Below are positions 18,738-28,618 of a DNA stretch of 64,000 nucleotides, piece after piece. The position numbers and the translations under genes are program-made. This DNA comes from an uncultured Bacteroidota bacterium (lineage in GTDB: Bacteria; CLD3; SB21; JBBIRG01): the NCBI GenBank assembly GCA_964609675.1, contig CAZSRX010000008.1:28618-92617 (forward strand), read 5' to 3'. Position 1 is the stretch's first letter; each line of letters starts with the position of its first letter. The notes beneath the pieces were generated by a model. It was not told the origin of the DNA. It saw nothing but the letters and a program-made list of their open reading frames with translations, and made no database searches.

Positions 18738-20153
18738 TTACACATCGTAGTACAAATTCATTTCATACGGGTGCGGCCGGTTTCGTATTTCATAATATTC
18801 TTTGTATTTAGCCTCAATCCAGTCGTCAATATGGCCTTCGTCGAATACGCCGCCTTCGAGGAGATAGGCATGGTCGCGGTCGAGCGCCTCGAGTGCTTCG
18901 CGCAGTGAAGACGGCAGCGGCTTGATGGTCTCGCGGCGTTCCGCGCTCCAGGCAAAGACATTCTCGTCAATCGGTCCGAAGCCGTGTTCCCGCGGATCGA
19001 TTTTATTGCGTATGCCGTCGAGGCCGGCCATAAGCTGCACCGCGAGAGCCAGATAGACATTGCAGGTGGCATCCGGCGGCCGGAATTCAAAACGGACGGT
19101 TTCCGGCTGGTCCGCATATTTCGGAACGCGGATGGCGGCGCTGCGATTGGCTAAGCTGAAAAAGGCGTTCACCGGCGCTTCAAAGCCCGGAATCAGCCGC
19201 CGATAGGAATTCGTGGAGGGATTGGTAAAAGCCAGCACAGAAGGCCCGTGCTTGAGCAGTCCGCCGATATACCAGAAGGCCATCTGACTGAGATGCCCGT
19301 AACCTTTTTCATCATAAAAGAGATTCTGCCCGTTCTTGAACAAATGCTGGTGGAAATGCATACCGCTGCCCGCTTCGCCGTAAAGCGGCTTGGGCATGTA
19401 GGTCACGGTTTGCCCGCGTTTGTAAGCCACCATTTTGGACACATACTTTATCATCTGTGCGGTATCGCCGCTCCGGAGAATGCCCATCAGCGGCGTTTCG
19501 ATTTCACACTGACCGGGTCCCCCCACCTCATGATGATGGTATTTGATTTCAATACCCATGGATTCCAGAATCATCGATATTTCGCTACGTAAATTATATA
19601 ACTGGTCTTTGGGCGGAATCACATGATACCCTCCGTGCGGCGGAATTACGTGGCCGTGGCCTCCGCGGGCACTTTGCCAGTCGGCTTCGCGGCTATCCAG
19701 CCGGTAAGAAGCGGTATTAACGGCGCTTTCAAACGAAACGTTGTCAAACACGTAAAACTCATATTCGGGCCCCCAACGGCTTTCGTCGGCCACCTGGAGA
19801 TCGCACATGTACTTCTCCGCGCGCAGCATAATGTTCCGCGGATCTCTGGAAAACGGCTGTTTGCTATCGGCCTCATACGAGGAACAAATAAAACTCAATG
19901 TCGGCACGTCCCAGAACGGGTCATGAAACGCCGTGGCCAAATCAGGCAGCAAAACCATATCGCCCGAACTGACGGACTTTAACCCGACCGAGGAACCGTC
20001 AAATCCCACACCGTCACGCATCAGCTTTTCATCGAACTGCGAGACCGGTATCGTTATATGATGCCATCGTCCGGCCAGGTCGGTAAACTTCAAATCAATC
20101 ATTTTGTACTGGTTTTTCTTAATGTGCTCAATGGCTTCATCAATAGTTTTCAT
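18738..20153 (-). CDS. glnA: Glutamine synthetase type I (GSI-beta-like length and insertion)
   Basis: DLKFTDLAGRWHH, FDGSS, HHHEVG, TYMPKP, GSGMHFHQ, YRRLIPGFEAP, NRSAAIRVP, EFRPPD, RPHPYE. Confidence 0.95.
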   Translation of the reverse strand: MKTIDEAIEHIKKNQYKMIDLKFTDLAGRWHHITIPVSQFDEKLMRDGVGFDGSSVGLKSVSSGDMVLLPDLATAFHDPFWDVPTLSFICSSYEADSKQPFSRDPRNIMLRAEKYMCDLQVADESRWGPEYEFYVFDNVSFESAVNTASYRLDSREADWQSARGGHGHVIPPHGGYHVIPPKDQLYNLRSEISMILESMGIEIKYHHHEVGGPGQCEIETPLMGILRSGDTAQMIKYVSKMVAYKRGQTVTYMPKPLYGEAGSGMHFHQHLFKNGQNLFYDEKGYGHLSQMAFWYIGGLLKHGPSVLAFTNPSTNSYRRLIPGFEAPVNAFFSLANRSAAIRVPKYADQPETVRFEFRPPDATCNVYLALAVQLMAGLDGIRNKIDPREHGFGPIDENVFAWSAERRETIKPLPSSLREALEALDRDHAYLLEGGVFDEGHIDDWIEAKYKEYYEIRNRPHPYEMNLYYDV

Positions 20154-20221
20154 AGCAGATTATCCTTTTAAACATCAAAGTATATCAAAAATATGTAGGC
20201 GCAATCCTGTTTAACGGCTGT

Positions 20222-20722
20222 TTAGACCTGCGGTTCCATGCCGAATTGTTTCCATTCTTCTCGTGCCGGCCCGTACACGCCCGGCACCGCCAGTCCGGCC
20301 TGGCGCATCAGCACGGTCATCTGAGCGCGATGGTGCGTCTGATGTAAAATCAGGGAGTATAATACAAATCCTATCGTCCATGGTTCTCCGTACATATCAA
20401 CGGTTTCGGTCAGCGTAGCATCCTTCCATTTCTTTTCCACTTCGGTTTTTACTGATAAAGCCGTCTGCTCATACTGCCGTATTATTTCCGTCGCTTTGGG
20501 TGGAGCGGGAGCGTGCTCATCCGGTCCTTCGGGTTTTAACCCGGTACGTTGCAGCATTTCGCAGGGTGTGGTTACAAGATGCCAGGCCAGCGTGCCCAAA
20601 GATCGCCCCTCGGCTGTGACTTTTTGCCGCAAAGAATCATCGGTTAAATTCTTAAGCACTTTGACGGTAGCTTCAGACTCATAACTCCATTGATTGATAA
20701 AATCTTCTATCGTTCTGAACAT
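20222..20722 (-). CDS. DinB/YfiT-like four-helix-bundle protein (not DNA polymerase IV)
   Basis: LAWHL and LILHQTHHRAQM (conserved His triad), VPGVYGP; start refined to ATG 20722 because the longer ORF overlaps a promoter. Confidence 0.85.
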   Translation of the reverse strand: MFRTIEDFINQWSYESEATVKVLKNLTDDSLRQKVTAEGRSLGTLAWHLVTTPCEMLQRTGLKPEGPDEHAPAPPKATEIIRQYEQTALSVKTEVEKKWKDATLTETVDMYGEPWTIGFVLYSLILHQTHHRAQMTVLMRQAGLAVPGVYGPAREEWKQFGMEPQV

Positions 20723-20757
20723 AAACAGGCTCCGTTTAAATTGCTGATTGGGTTTAT

Positions 20758-20786
20758 ATAATACATAACTTTGCAACGATAATCAA
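20758..20786 (-). promoter_or_regulatory. Putative sigma70-type promoter of the DinB-family gene
   Basis: Minus strand TTGATT (20786-20781) - 17 nt - TATTAT (20763-20758). Confidence 0.55.
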
Positions 20787-20830
20787 TAGAATTATCCCCG
20801 ACGAACCCGGTGGATGCAATGTTAAAGTTT

Positions 20831-20859
20831 TTGCATAATAAGGTATTTATATTTATATT
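20831..20859 (+). promoter_or_regulatory. Putative sigma70-type promoter of the batB...pta gene run
   Basis: TTGCAT - 17 nt - TATATT, 45 nt upstream of ATG 20905. Confidence 0.55.
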
Positions 20860-20904
20860 CGCTCGTTATGATCGTTTTAACTTTAATCTGCAGGAAACAT
20901 TAAA

Positions 20905-21942
20905 ATGATCCGGCTGGCCAATCCTGAATATCTCTGGTTGCTGGTGCCGGTTTTGGCGCTGTTATTATGGCACGGGGCTGTCCTTAAAAGTAAAATCAAT
21001 CGCCGTCGGATATTTGTGCGGGACGAACTTAACGGATTAGTGAACGCAGATTATAACCGCTTTCGTTTGATCGGCCGCAACGTGTTATTTTATTCCGGCT
21101 TATTCCTGCTGGTGCTGGCTCTGTCAGGTATTCAAGTGGGATCCCGGTATGAAGAAATCAAAGTGGAAGGTATGGATATCGTTCTGGCTCTGGATATATC
21201 CAGTTCCATGAATGCGCAGGATGTAAAACCCAGCCGCCTGGAAAAAGCTAAACATGAAATGCAGTCTCTGCTGAACCGCCTTTCGGGAGACCGGGTCGCG
21301 CTGGTGATTTTTGCCGGCGATGCGTTTTTACAATGCCCGATGACGACCGATTACGGCGCCATACGGCTTTTTCTTGAGTCCATAACGACCTCCGTGACCA
21401 CATCGGTAGGTACGAATTTTGAGGCCGCTCTGGAAACGGCATTAGCGGCTTTCCCAAAAGAAAATGAAGACGCGCCTTCCCGGGCTGCCGGCAGGGCTAT
21501 AGTCTTTTTTTCCGACGGCGAAGATCATAACCCGGCTTCCGAGAAAAAAATTGCCGACCTGAAGGACGTCACGGTGTTTACCATCGGTGTGGGTACGGAA
21601 ATCCCGGCGCCGATTCCTGTTTATGATGACAACGGACAACTCAAAGATTATAAAAAACGCGGCGGCCAGGCCGTTACGACACGGCTTGAGGAAGCCCTGT
21701 TAAAAAAAATGGCCGAAGAAACTTCCGGGGCTTATTACCGCGCCACAATGGACGAATCGGAAATGGACGCGCTGTACAAACGGCTCAGCGCTATGGGCAA
21801 AACCGAATCCCATCAATACCGTTATACGGAATACGAGGACCGCTACCAGTGGTTTCTGCTGATCGCTATCCTCTGCCTGCTGGGAGAGTTGATACTGCGC
21901 CCGCGTAAAAATCAACGCGATCGGAAGTCGTATGCCGTTTGA
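20905..21942 (+). CDS. batB: Membrane-anchored VWA protein, BatB-like
   Basis: RLANPEYLWLL N-terminus, DISSSM MIDAS, SRLEKAK, FAGDAFLQCPMTTDY, SDGED, C-terminal YEDRYQWFL + TM. Confidence 0.8.
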   Translation: MIRLANPEYLWLLVPVLALLLWHGAVLKSKINRRRIFVRDELNGLVNADYNRFRLIGRNVLFYSGLFLLVLALSGIQVGSRYEEIKVEGMDIVLALDISSSMNAQDVKPSRLEKAKHEMQSLLNRLSGDRVALVIFAGDAFLQCPMTTDYGAIRLFLESITTSVTTSVGTNFEAALETALAAFPKENEDAPSRAAGRAIVFFSDGEDHNPASEKKIADLKDVTVFTIGVGTEIPAPIPVYDDNGQLKDYKKRGGQAVTTRLEEALLKKMAEETSGAYYRATMDESEMDALYKRLSAMGKTESHQYRYTEYEDRYQWFLLIAILCLLGELILRPRKNQRDRKSYAV

Positions 21943-22918
21943 GTTCGCCAGCGGGTATGTTCTTCCCGCGCTCGCCGTAATACCTCTTTTAATATATTAC
22001 ACCCGCGGCAGGAAAAAGCCGGCCCTTCGTTATTCCGACACCCGCCTGCTGCGTGCCGTCATGCCTTCATTCCGAAGCCGATGGGCGGCTGTAATGCCTT
22101 ATGTCCAGTGGTCGGCCGTCGCGCTGCTCATCGTAGGCATGGCCCGTCCCCGCTTAAAAAATGTTCAGGAAAAAATCACTGCCGAAGGCATCGATATCGT
22201 GATGGCGCTGGATGTATCCCGCAGCATGCTGATTGAGGATATGGGAAGGAAAAACCGTCTGGAAGCCGCCAAAGAAGTCGCGATCCGGTTTGTGGAACGC
22301 CGCACGTCCGACCGGGTCGCTCTGGTTGTTTTTGCCGGTAAAAGCTTCACCCAGTGCCCGCTGACCACGGACTACGCCATGGTTATTCATTACATCCGGC
22401 AAACACATATCGGCATGGTCGAAGACGGCACGGCCATCGGCATGGGCATTGTCAACTCCGTCAACCGGCTGCGGGAAAGCACAGCCAAGAGCAAGATTAT
22501 CATCCTGCTCACCGACGGCCAGAATAATCGCGGCGAAATTGACCCGATTACCTCCGCCCAGATCGCGAAAGCGCTGAACATACGCATTTACACCATCGGC
22601 GCCGGTAAAGACGGCATCGCTCGCATTCCCGTGGACGACCCGTTTTTCGGCCGGCAATATGTAAGCGCCGAAGTTAAAATCGACGAACCGACCCTCAAAA
22701 GCATCGCCGAAATCACCGGCGGACAGTTTTACCGGGCCACCACCGAAAACATGCTCGAAGATGTTTACCGGGACATTGAGAAACTGGAAAAAACCAAAAT
22801 CGAGGTTTCGACGATCCTGCGCTACAAAGAATTGTATCCGTATTTCTTAATAGCCGCGCTGGGTCTGCTACTGTCCGCGGCCGTGCTTTCAAGAACCTTA
22901 TTCAGCGAGATTCCCTGA
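21932..22918 (+). CDS. batA: Membrane-anchored VWA protein, BatA-like
   Basis: EGIDIVMALDVSRSM, NRLEAAK, QCPLTTD, DGTAIGMG, SKIIILLTDGQNNRG, TGGQFYRAT, LEKTKI. Confidence 0.85.
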   Translation: MPFEFASGYVLPALAVIPLLIYYTRGRKKPALRYSDTRLLRAVMPSFRSRWAAVMPYVQWSAVALLIVGMARPRLKNVQEKITAEGIDIVMALDVSRSMLIEDMGRKNRLEAAKEVAIRFVERRTSDRVALVVFAGKSFTQCPLTTDYAMVIHYIRQTHIGMVEDGTAIGMGIVNSVNRLRESTAKSKIIILLTDGQNNRGEIDPITSAQIAKALNIRIYTIGAGKDGIARIPVDDPFFGRQYVSAEVKIDEPTLKSIAEITGGQFYRATTENMLEDVYRDIEKLEKTKIEVSTILRYKELYPYFLIAALGLLLSAAVLSRTLFSEIP

Positions 22919-24339
22919 TGACACCTTCTGATCTGGAATCCCGATTTACCGCTCATTGCCGGGACCGGCGATATTTCCAGCCCGGCGACCGCTTGCTGCT
23001 GGCGGTTTCCGGCGGTATGGATTCCACCGTTATGCTCGACCTGTTCTGCCGCGCAAAAGACCGGCTTCAGGTTATCCTGGAGGTGTTTCATCTCAATCAT
23101 GGCCTGCGCGGCGCTGAAAGCGATGGCGATGAAGCTTTCGTCAAAACGCTGTGCGCAAAAGCCGGCGTACCGTGTCACGCCGACCGGGTGGACGTGCGCG
23201 CCGAAGCCGAATCCGGCGAATCCCTGGAATCGGCCGCGCGCCGAATTCGTTATGCACTGCTGAACCGCTGCGCGGAAGACAACCAATTAAATTATATCTG
23301 TACCGCGCATCACCGCGACGATCAGGCGGAAACCGTACTGGCGCGCATTATTCACGGCACCGGATGGACCGGCCTTTGCGGTATTCGCGAACGGAATGGA
23401 AAATTAGTCAGGCCTTTGCTGGCCTTTTCCCGGGAGGATATTTCTTTATACGCCGGATCGCGGCATTTAGCCTACCGTACCGATTCCACCAACAGCGATA
23501 TGACGATCTTTCGCAACCGGGTTCGCCGCCGGCTTTTACCGCTGCTGGCCGCGGAATATGACCCGCAGACCGCCAGCCATCTCATTCATTTGTCGGCCAT
23601 CGCCGGCGAGACCCTGGAGTGGGCGCAGTCGGAAGTAAAACGCCTATGGGCGGAAGCCTGCTGCTATGCCGATAAGGATAAAATTAAACTTGATATTAAC
23701 TCTTTTAACCATTACCTTTTATTTCAACGCAAATTGCTTATTGAAAAAGCTTTTGCGGCGATTTTTAATACGGATCCGGAAGCGCTGTTTCTGCGTTATC
23801 AGGATTATACGGCTATCATGCACCTGGCAGCATCCTCTGAATCCGGTTCCAAATTTTACAGGGGAAAAGCCGTGGTGCTGAAAACACAGTCGTATCTGGT
23901 ATTTTATCATACAGAACGCTTGCAGACGGAACCGTTCTGTATGGTTATCGGATCCGCCGGCGAATATAACCTGAGCGATAACGGCATCCGGTTTGTCCTG
24001 AAACCATACCCCGGCAACAAACGGCCGCCGTTGGGCATGTCGCGGTATGTAGAGTATATAGACGGGGCCAAGATTCGCGGGACACTGGTTCTTCGCAACT
24101 GGAAACCTGGCGACCGGTTTAACCCGCTGGGGATGCAGGGCATGAAAAAGCTGAGCGATTTTTTTATTGATAAAAAAATCGATGTCCTTAATAAACCGCT
24201 GATTCCGCTGTTAACCGACCGGTTTGGCGATGACGAACAGATAGTCTGGGTGTGCGGTTGGCGGCTTGACGAACGATATAAAATTGATAAAAACACCAAA
24301 ACCATTTACCAAATCGAATGTGACTACCATGAAACCTGA
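22918..24339 (+). CDS. tilS: tRNA(Ile)-lysidine synthetase with C-terminal TilS_C domain
   Basis: AVSGGMDS PP-loop, HLNHGLRG, ARRIRY, TAHHRDDQAET, RNWKPGDRFNPLGM..KKLSDFF. Confidence 0.95.
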   Translation: MTPSDLESRFTAHCRDRRYFQPGDRLLLAVSGGMDSTVMLDLFCRAKDRLQVILEVFHLNHGLRGAESDGDEAFVKTLCAKAGVPCHADRVDVRAEAESGESLESAARRIRYALLNRCAEDNQLNYICTAHHRDDQAETVLARIIHGTGWTGLCGIRERNGKLVRPLLAFSREDISLYAGSRHLAYRTDSTNSDMTIFRNRVRRRLLPLLAAEYDPQTASHLIHLSAIAGETLEWAQSEVKRLWAEACCYADKDKIKLDINSFNHYLLFQRKLLIEKAFAAIFNTDPEALFLRYQDYTAIMHLAASSESGSKFYRGKAVVLKTQSYLVFYHTERLQTEPFCMVIGSAGEYNLSDNGIRFVLKPYPGNKRPPLGMSRYVEYIDGAKIRGTLVLRNWKPGDRFNPLGMQGMKKLSDFFIDKKIDVLNKPLIPLLTDRFGDDEQIVWVCGWRLDERYKIDKNTKTIYQIECDYHET

Positions 24340-24874
24340 GCTTCACATTGACGGACATGATTTTAAAATCCTGATCGACCGCAATGAAATTGAAAAAGCG
24401 GTCCGGCGTCTGGCCCAGCGGCTAACCGATGATTACCGCGGCAAGAATCCCATTCTGGTGGGTGTGCTCAATGGCGCTTTTCTCTTCATCGCCGACTTAT
24501 TCCGCGCCATGGACGTATCGGAAGCGGAAATCGATTTTCTGAAAATCGGCAGCTACGGCGACCACATGACTTCCTCCGGCAAAGTGACGCTGGATAAGGA
24601 CGTCAGCGCCCAACTTAAGGACCGCCATGTCATTGTGGTGGAGGATATCGTTGATTCCGGCCTGTCGGTAACGTATATCCGCAATCACCTGATGTATTAT
24701 CAACCCGCCTCCCTCGAATTTGCCGCCCTGCTGCTGAAAAAAGAAAAAGCTAAAACCGATTTCCCGATTAAATACGTCGGATTCGAAATCGGTAATGACT
24801 TTGTCATCGGTTACGGCCTGGATTATCAGCAGCAATACCGGAACCTGCCGGATGTGTACGTTACCCACAACTAA
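24329..24874 (+). CDS. hpt: Hypoxanthine phosphoribosyltransferase
   Basis: GVLNGAFLFIADL, VVEDIVDSGL, FVIGYGLDY..YRNLP; canonical tilS-hpt-ftsH order. Confidence 0.95.
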   Translation: MKPELHIDGHDFKILIDRNEIEKAVRRLAQRLTDDYRGKNPILVGVLNGAFLFIADLFRAMDVSEAEIDFLKIGSYGDHMTSSGKVTLDKDVSAQLKDRHVIVVEDIVDSGLSVTYIRNHLMYYQPASLEFAALLLKKEKAKTDFPIKYVGFEIGNDFVIGYGLDYQQQYRNLPDVYVTHN

Positions 24875-24898
24875 GGAGCGTGTTTACGATTTTACAAT

Positions 24899-26917
24899 AT
24901 GGCCGATAATAATAAAACCAAAAATAAAAAATCATCGGGTAGCCACGAAAAGAGCAAAGGAAACGCGTCCAAAAGTAATCGGCCTGCCCCGCCGGGCGGC
25001 GGCCCGAATATGAAAAACTCGATGAGTACCGTTCTGATATGGATGGCGCTCTTTTTTGCGTTTTTTTTCCTCTATCACTTATTGAGCGGCAACACCGATA
25101 AAATCGCTGAAATTCCATTCTCGGAATATCAGGAACTGCTGGAAAGCAATAAGATCAGCGGTATCGTGATTACCGATTACGAATTAAGCGGCCTCCTCAA
25201 AGAAGACACCACACGGATTGTGGACGGAAAACTAACCCGATACAGTCAGTTCCGGACGTATCTGCCGTTTATCGATTCCAAAATGCTGGAGGATTGGAAG
25301 GCGCGTGGAATTGGCGTGGAGTTCACTAAAAAAGGAACGGATTTTTCCAGCATTCTTCTGCAGATGCTTCCGTGGATTATCGCCATCGGTATTTTTATTT
25401 TTATTCTTCGCCGCATGCAGGGCGGAGGTTCCGGCGGAAAAAACATTTTTTCGTTTGGTAAAAGCCGCGCCCGCATGTCCAGCGATAAGGACGCCAAAGT
25501 AACTTTTTCGGATGTGGCCGGCTGTGAGGAAGCAAAAACCGAACTTCAGGAAATCGTGGAATTTCTGAAAGATCCCGGTCGATTTACGCGTCTGGGCGGA
25601 CGCATTCCCAAAGGCGCGCTGCTGCTGGGCCCTCCGGGGACAGGCAAAACCCTTCTGGCCCGGGCCGTTGCGGGCGAAGCCGGCGTGCCGTTTTTCTCGA
25701 TCAGTGGAGCGGATTTTGTGGAAATGTTTGTCGGTGTAGGCGCGGCGCGGGTGCGCGACCTGTTTGAACAGGCCAAGAAAAACCATCCCTGCATTATTTT
25801 TATCGACGAGATCGACGCCGTTGGTCGGTCCCGCGGCGCAGGCCTGGGCGGCGGCCATGACGAACGCGAACAAACTCTTAACCAACTCCTCGTTGAAATG
25901 GACGGTTTCAACGCCAGCGATGGCATCATCGTCATCGCGGCAACCAACCGCCCGGATATTCTTGACACCGCGCTTCTGCGACCGGGCCGGTTCGACCGGC
26001 AAATCGTCGTTGACCAACCGGACGTCAAGGGCCGCGAGGAAATCCTTAAAATCCATGTCCGTAAAGTGCCGCTCAGCGACAATGTCCGTCTCGAAAAAAT
26101 CGCCAAAGGTACGCCCGGCCTCTCCGGCGCCGACCTCGAAAATTTAGTGAACGAAGCCTCGCTGCTTGCCGCACGGCGCAACTCCGATGTCGTGGAAAAT
26201 ATCGATTTTGAAAACGCCAAGGACAAGGTGATGATGGGCGTGGAACGGAAGAGTCTTGTTATAAACGAGAAAGAAAAAAACATGGTGGCTTACCATGAAG
26301 CCGGTCACGCGCTGGTCGCCAAATTACTGCCCGATTCGGACCCCGTTCACAAAGTCACTATTATTCCCCGCGGGCGCGCGCTGGGCCTGACGCATTACCT
26401 GCCCACCGACGACCGGCATATGTATTCCCGCCAGTTCATCCAGACCACATTGGTTCACCTGCTCGGCGGACGGGCGGCGGAAAAAATCGTCTTCAACCAC
26501 GTCACGACCGGCGCCGGCAACGACATTGACCGGGCTACCGCCGTGGCGCGTAAAATGGTCTGCGAATGGGGCATGAGCGACGCGTTGGGTCCGGTCGCCT
26601 TCGGCAAGAAGGACGAGGAAGTCTTCCTCGGACGCGAAATCGCCACCGCCCGCAATTACAGCGAAAAAACCTCCACGCTGATCGACGAGGAAATCAAACG
26701 GATCATCTGGGAAGCCGAAAAAACCGCTGACCAGCTTCTGCGGGATAATATCCAATACCTGCACGCCATCGCCCGCGCCCTCATCGAACGGGAAACAATC
26801 GATGCGGAAGATCTGGACCTGATCATGAAAGACCCGGACGCGTTCAACGGTAACGCGTCAAACCCTAAAACCCCTGAAACGGAAGTTACCCCTGCAGTCA
26901 TCACACCAACGGTATAA
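24899..26917 (+). CDS. ftsH: ATP-dependent zinc metalloprotease FtsH
   Basis: Two TM helices, [19 protein letters not shown], second region of homology [16 protein letters not shown]. Confidence 0.98.
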   Translation: MADNNKTKNKKSSGSHEKSKGNASKSNRPAPPGGGPNMKNSMSTVLIWMALFFAFFFLYHLLSGNTDKIAEIPFSEYQELLESNKISGIVITDYELSGLLKEDTTRIVDGKLTRYSQFRTYLPFIDSKMLEDWKARGIGVEFTKKGTDFSSILLQMLPWIIAIGIFIFILRRMQGGGSGGKNIFSFGKSRARMSSDKDAKVTFSDVAGCEEAKTELQEIVEFLKDPGRFTRLGGRIPKGALLLGPPGTGKTLLARAVAGEAGVPFFSISGADFVEMFVGVGAARVRDLFEQAKKNHPCIIFIDEIDAVGRSRGAGLGGGHDEREQTLNQLLVEMDGFNASDGIIVIAATNRPDILDTALLRPGRFDRQIVVDQPDVKGREEILKIHVRKVPLSDNVRLEKIAKGTPGLSGADLENLVNEASLLAARRNSDVVENIDFENAKDKVMMGVERKSLVINEKEKNMVAYHEAGHALVAKLLPDSDPVHKVTIIPRGRALGLTHYLPTDDRHMYSRQFIQTTLVHLLGGRAAEKIVFNHVTTGAGNDIDRATAVARKMVCEWGMSDALGPVAFGKKDEEVFLGREIATARNYSEKTSTLIDEEIKRIIWEAEKTADQLLRDNIQYLHAIARALIERETIDAEDLDLIMKDPDAFNGNASNPKTPETEVTPAVITPTV

Positions 26918-26923
26918 CAATTT

Positions 26924-28618
26924 ATGGAAAAACTGATTCGTTTTCTTTCCGGGGAAGTCCCCGGCGGCATCGGGCTATATATCGGCGTCATGTTTGTAAT
27001 TATCTTTATGGCTTGGTTCCTATACCGGTTTTCCGCCGTCATCAATAAGCAGAAGCTCAAACGCATAGCGATGTTTCTCTGCGCTTTTGCAACCTTTACT
27101 TACCTGATAGCCCGTTTATCCCGGCCGCCTCAGGAAGAAACCATTTACATTGCCGTCTGGCCGCTTCAATATCTTCCCGCTACCGGCTTCCCGGCTGATT
27201 CCGGGGAGTTCGCAGGACTCGGAAGAGCCCTGGCGGAATTAACAGCTTACCGCGGTATGATGACGTCGCCGGACCATATGCTCTTTCTCAAACCCGATTG
27301 GCTCTTAGACGCCTTCGACTCCACCGACCGCGCGGAACTGAAATATAACGATACCGTACGGCTTACAACCTGGTGCCGTACGCTTAAAATCAATTATATG
27401 GTCAGCGGATCCTACTCCATATCCGGAAAGTACCTTGAAATAAACGCCGACATCTATTCGCTTGAAGAAAGCGAATCCCGAGCGTTGATACGTGAAACCC
27501 TCTCATTTCAAACCACGCAAGACCTGGTACCGGCACTTGAAAACCTGTCTGCCATTATGACCAAAGGTATTTATAAAACCGCCGGTATGCGACCGGCGCC
27601 GGTTATGGAACCGGATCTGGAACTGTACCGATCCCCCGCTCTTTTACAATACGGTTATGCGCAGGAACTTTTCTCACGAGACCGCTATCAGGAATCGCTG
27701 GCCGCTTTCAACCGCGCGCACATGAAAGACAGTTCGCGCGCCCTGACATGGTTCGGCAAAGGTTTAGCCTACGGCGAACTGATGATCCGGACATCCGACG
27801 ACAAACTGCGCAACGACTACCAGAAGCGCGCCGAATACCATCTCAAAATGTGCGGCCAGAAAGCGCCCGGATTTGCCCCGGCTTATGTTGCCTTAGCGAA
27901 ATACTATCTGTTCATGAAACCGGAACCGCGGTATCTGGACGCCGAATTCGCTTTAATCGCCGGAAAAGAGTTATACGCGCGGGATTATATGATATATTAC
28001 CTGCTCAGCTTCATGCAGAAAATCCGCTGGGAATCATTCGGATTTACACGACGACAAGACATTCTGGCGCAGGCGCTTCAATATAATCCGGCCGCGTTCC
28101 AGACGTACCTGGAATACGGTTTTATGTTTCTTCAGTACGCCAAACCTCACGATTACAATACCCAGCAGGCGCTTCAGTGTTTCCGTACCGCTAAATTCCT
28201 GAGGCCGAATCATCTGAACGCGATCATGGGGCTTGTTTCCGCTTATGACTACATGGGATATTATGACGAAGCGCTTAAACTGCTCGAACAGGCCGATCGG
28301 TTGTACCCAAACCACACGGAAATATTTTACACGCAGGGCGTCGTGCATTATCATCAGGCGGCATGGTACAAAATGAAAAAACGTCGGCAGGATGAAAATC
28401 AAAGTTACCGGCTGGCCGAACAGTATTTTCAGCGGGCGGTCAAATCGGCCAATCACGGTTATGCCTTTTTGTACCTTGGAAAAATCTATGATATTCAGAA
28501 CCGTAAAAACGAGGCCATCGAAGCATTCCGCGCCGCCATGAAATACATCCCGCGCGAAGATCCTTACCGTGAGGAAGCGCGCAAAAAACTCAGGGAGTAT
28601 TTTCCGGATGTCGAATAG
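26924..28618 (+). CDS. Membrane-anchored TPR protein with a TolB-N/FlgO-like alpha/beta domain
   Basis: Two N-terminal hydrophobic helices; IAVWPL...YMVSGSYSISGKYLEINADI; several TPR-like helix pairs (ALTWFGKGLAY, AYVALAKYY, AIMGLVSAY, AFLYLGKIY). Confidence 0.7.
   Translation: MEKLIRFLSGEVPGGIGLYIGVMFVIIFMAWFLYRFSAVINKQKLKRIAMFLCAFATFTYLIARLSRPPQEETIYIAVWPLQYLPATGFPADSGEFAGLGRALAELTAYRGMMTSPDHMLFLKPDWLLDAFDSTDRAELKYNDTVRLTTWCRTLKINYMVSGSYSISGKYLEINADIYSLEESESRALIRETLSFQTTQDLVPALENLSAIMTKGIYKTAGMRPAPVMEPDLELYRSPALLQYGYAQELFSRDRYQESLAAFNRAHMKDSSRALTWFGKGLAYGELMIRTSDDKLRNDYQKRAEYHLKMCGQKAPGFAPAYVALAKYYLFMKPEPRYLDAEFALIAGKELYARDYMIYYLLSFMQKIRWESFGFTRRQDILAQALQYNPAAFQTYLEYGFMFLQYAKPHDYNTQQALQCFRTAKFLRPNHLNAIMGLVSAYDYMGYYDEALKLLEQADRLYPNHTEIFYTQGVVHYHQAAWYKMKKRRQDENQSYRLAEQYFQRAVKSANHGYAFLYLGKIYDIQNRKNEAIEAFRAAMKYIPREDPYREEARKKLREYFPDVE

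Noticed and set aside
20222-20722. dinB as SOS DNA polymerase IV
   Set aside because: It is 166 aa with the His triad of the DinB/YfiT helical-bundle family and no Y-family polymerase motifs; I recognised no SOS box.
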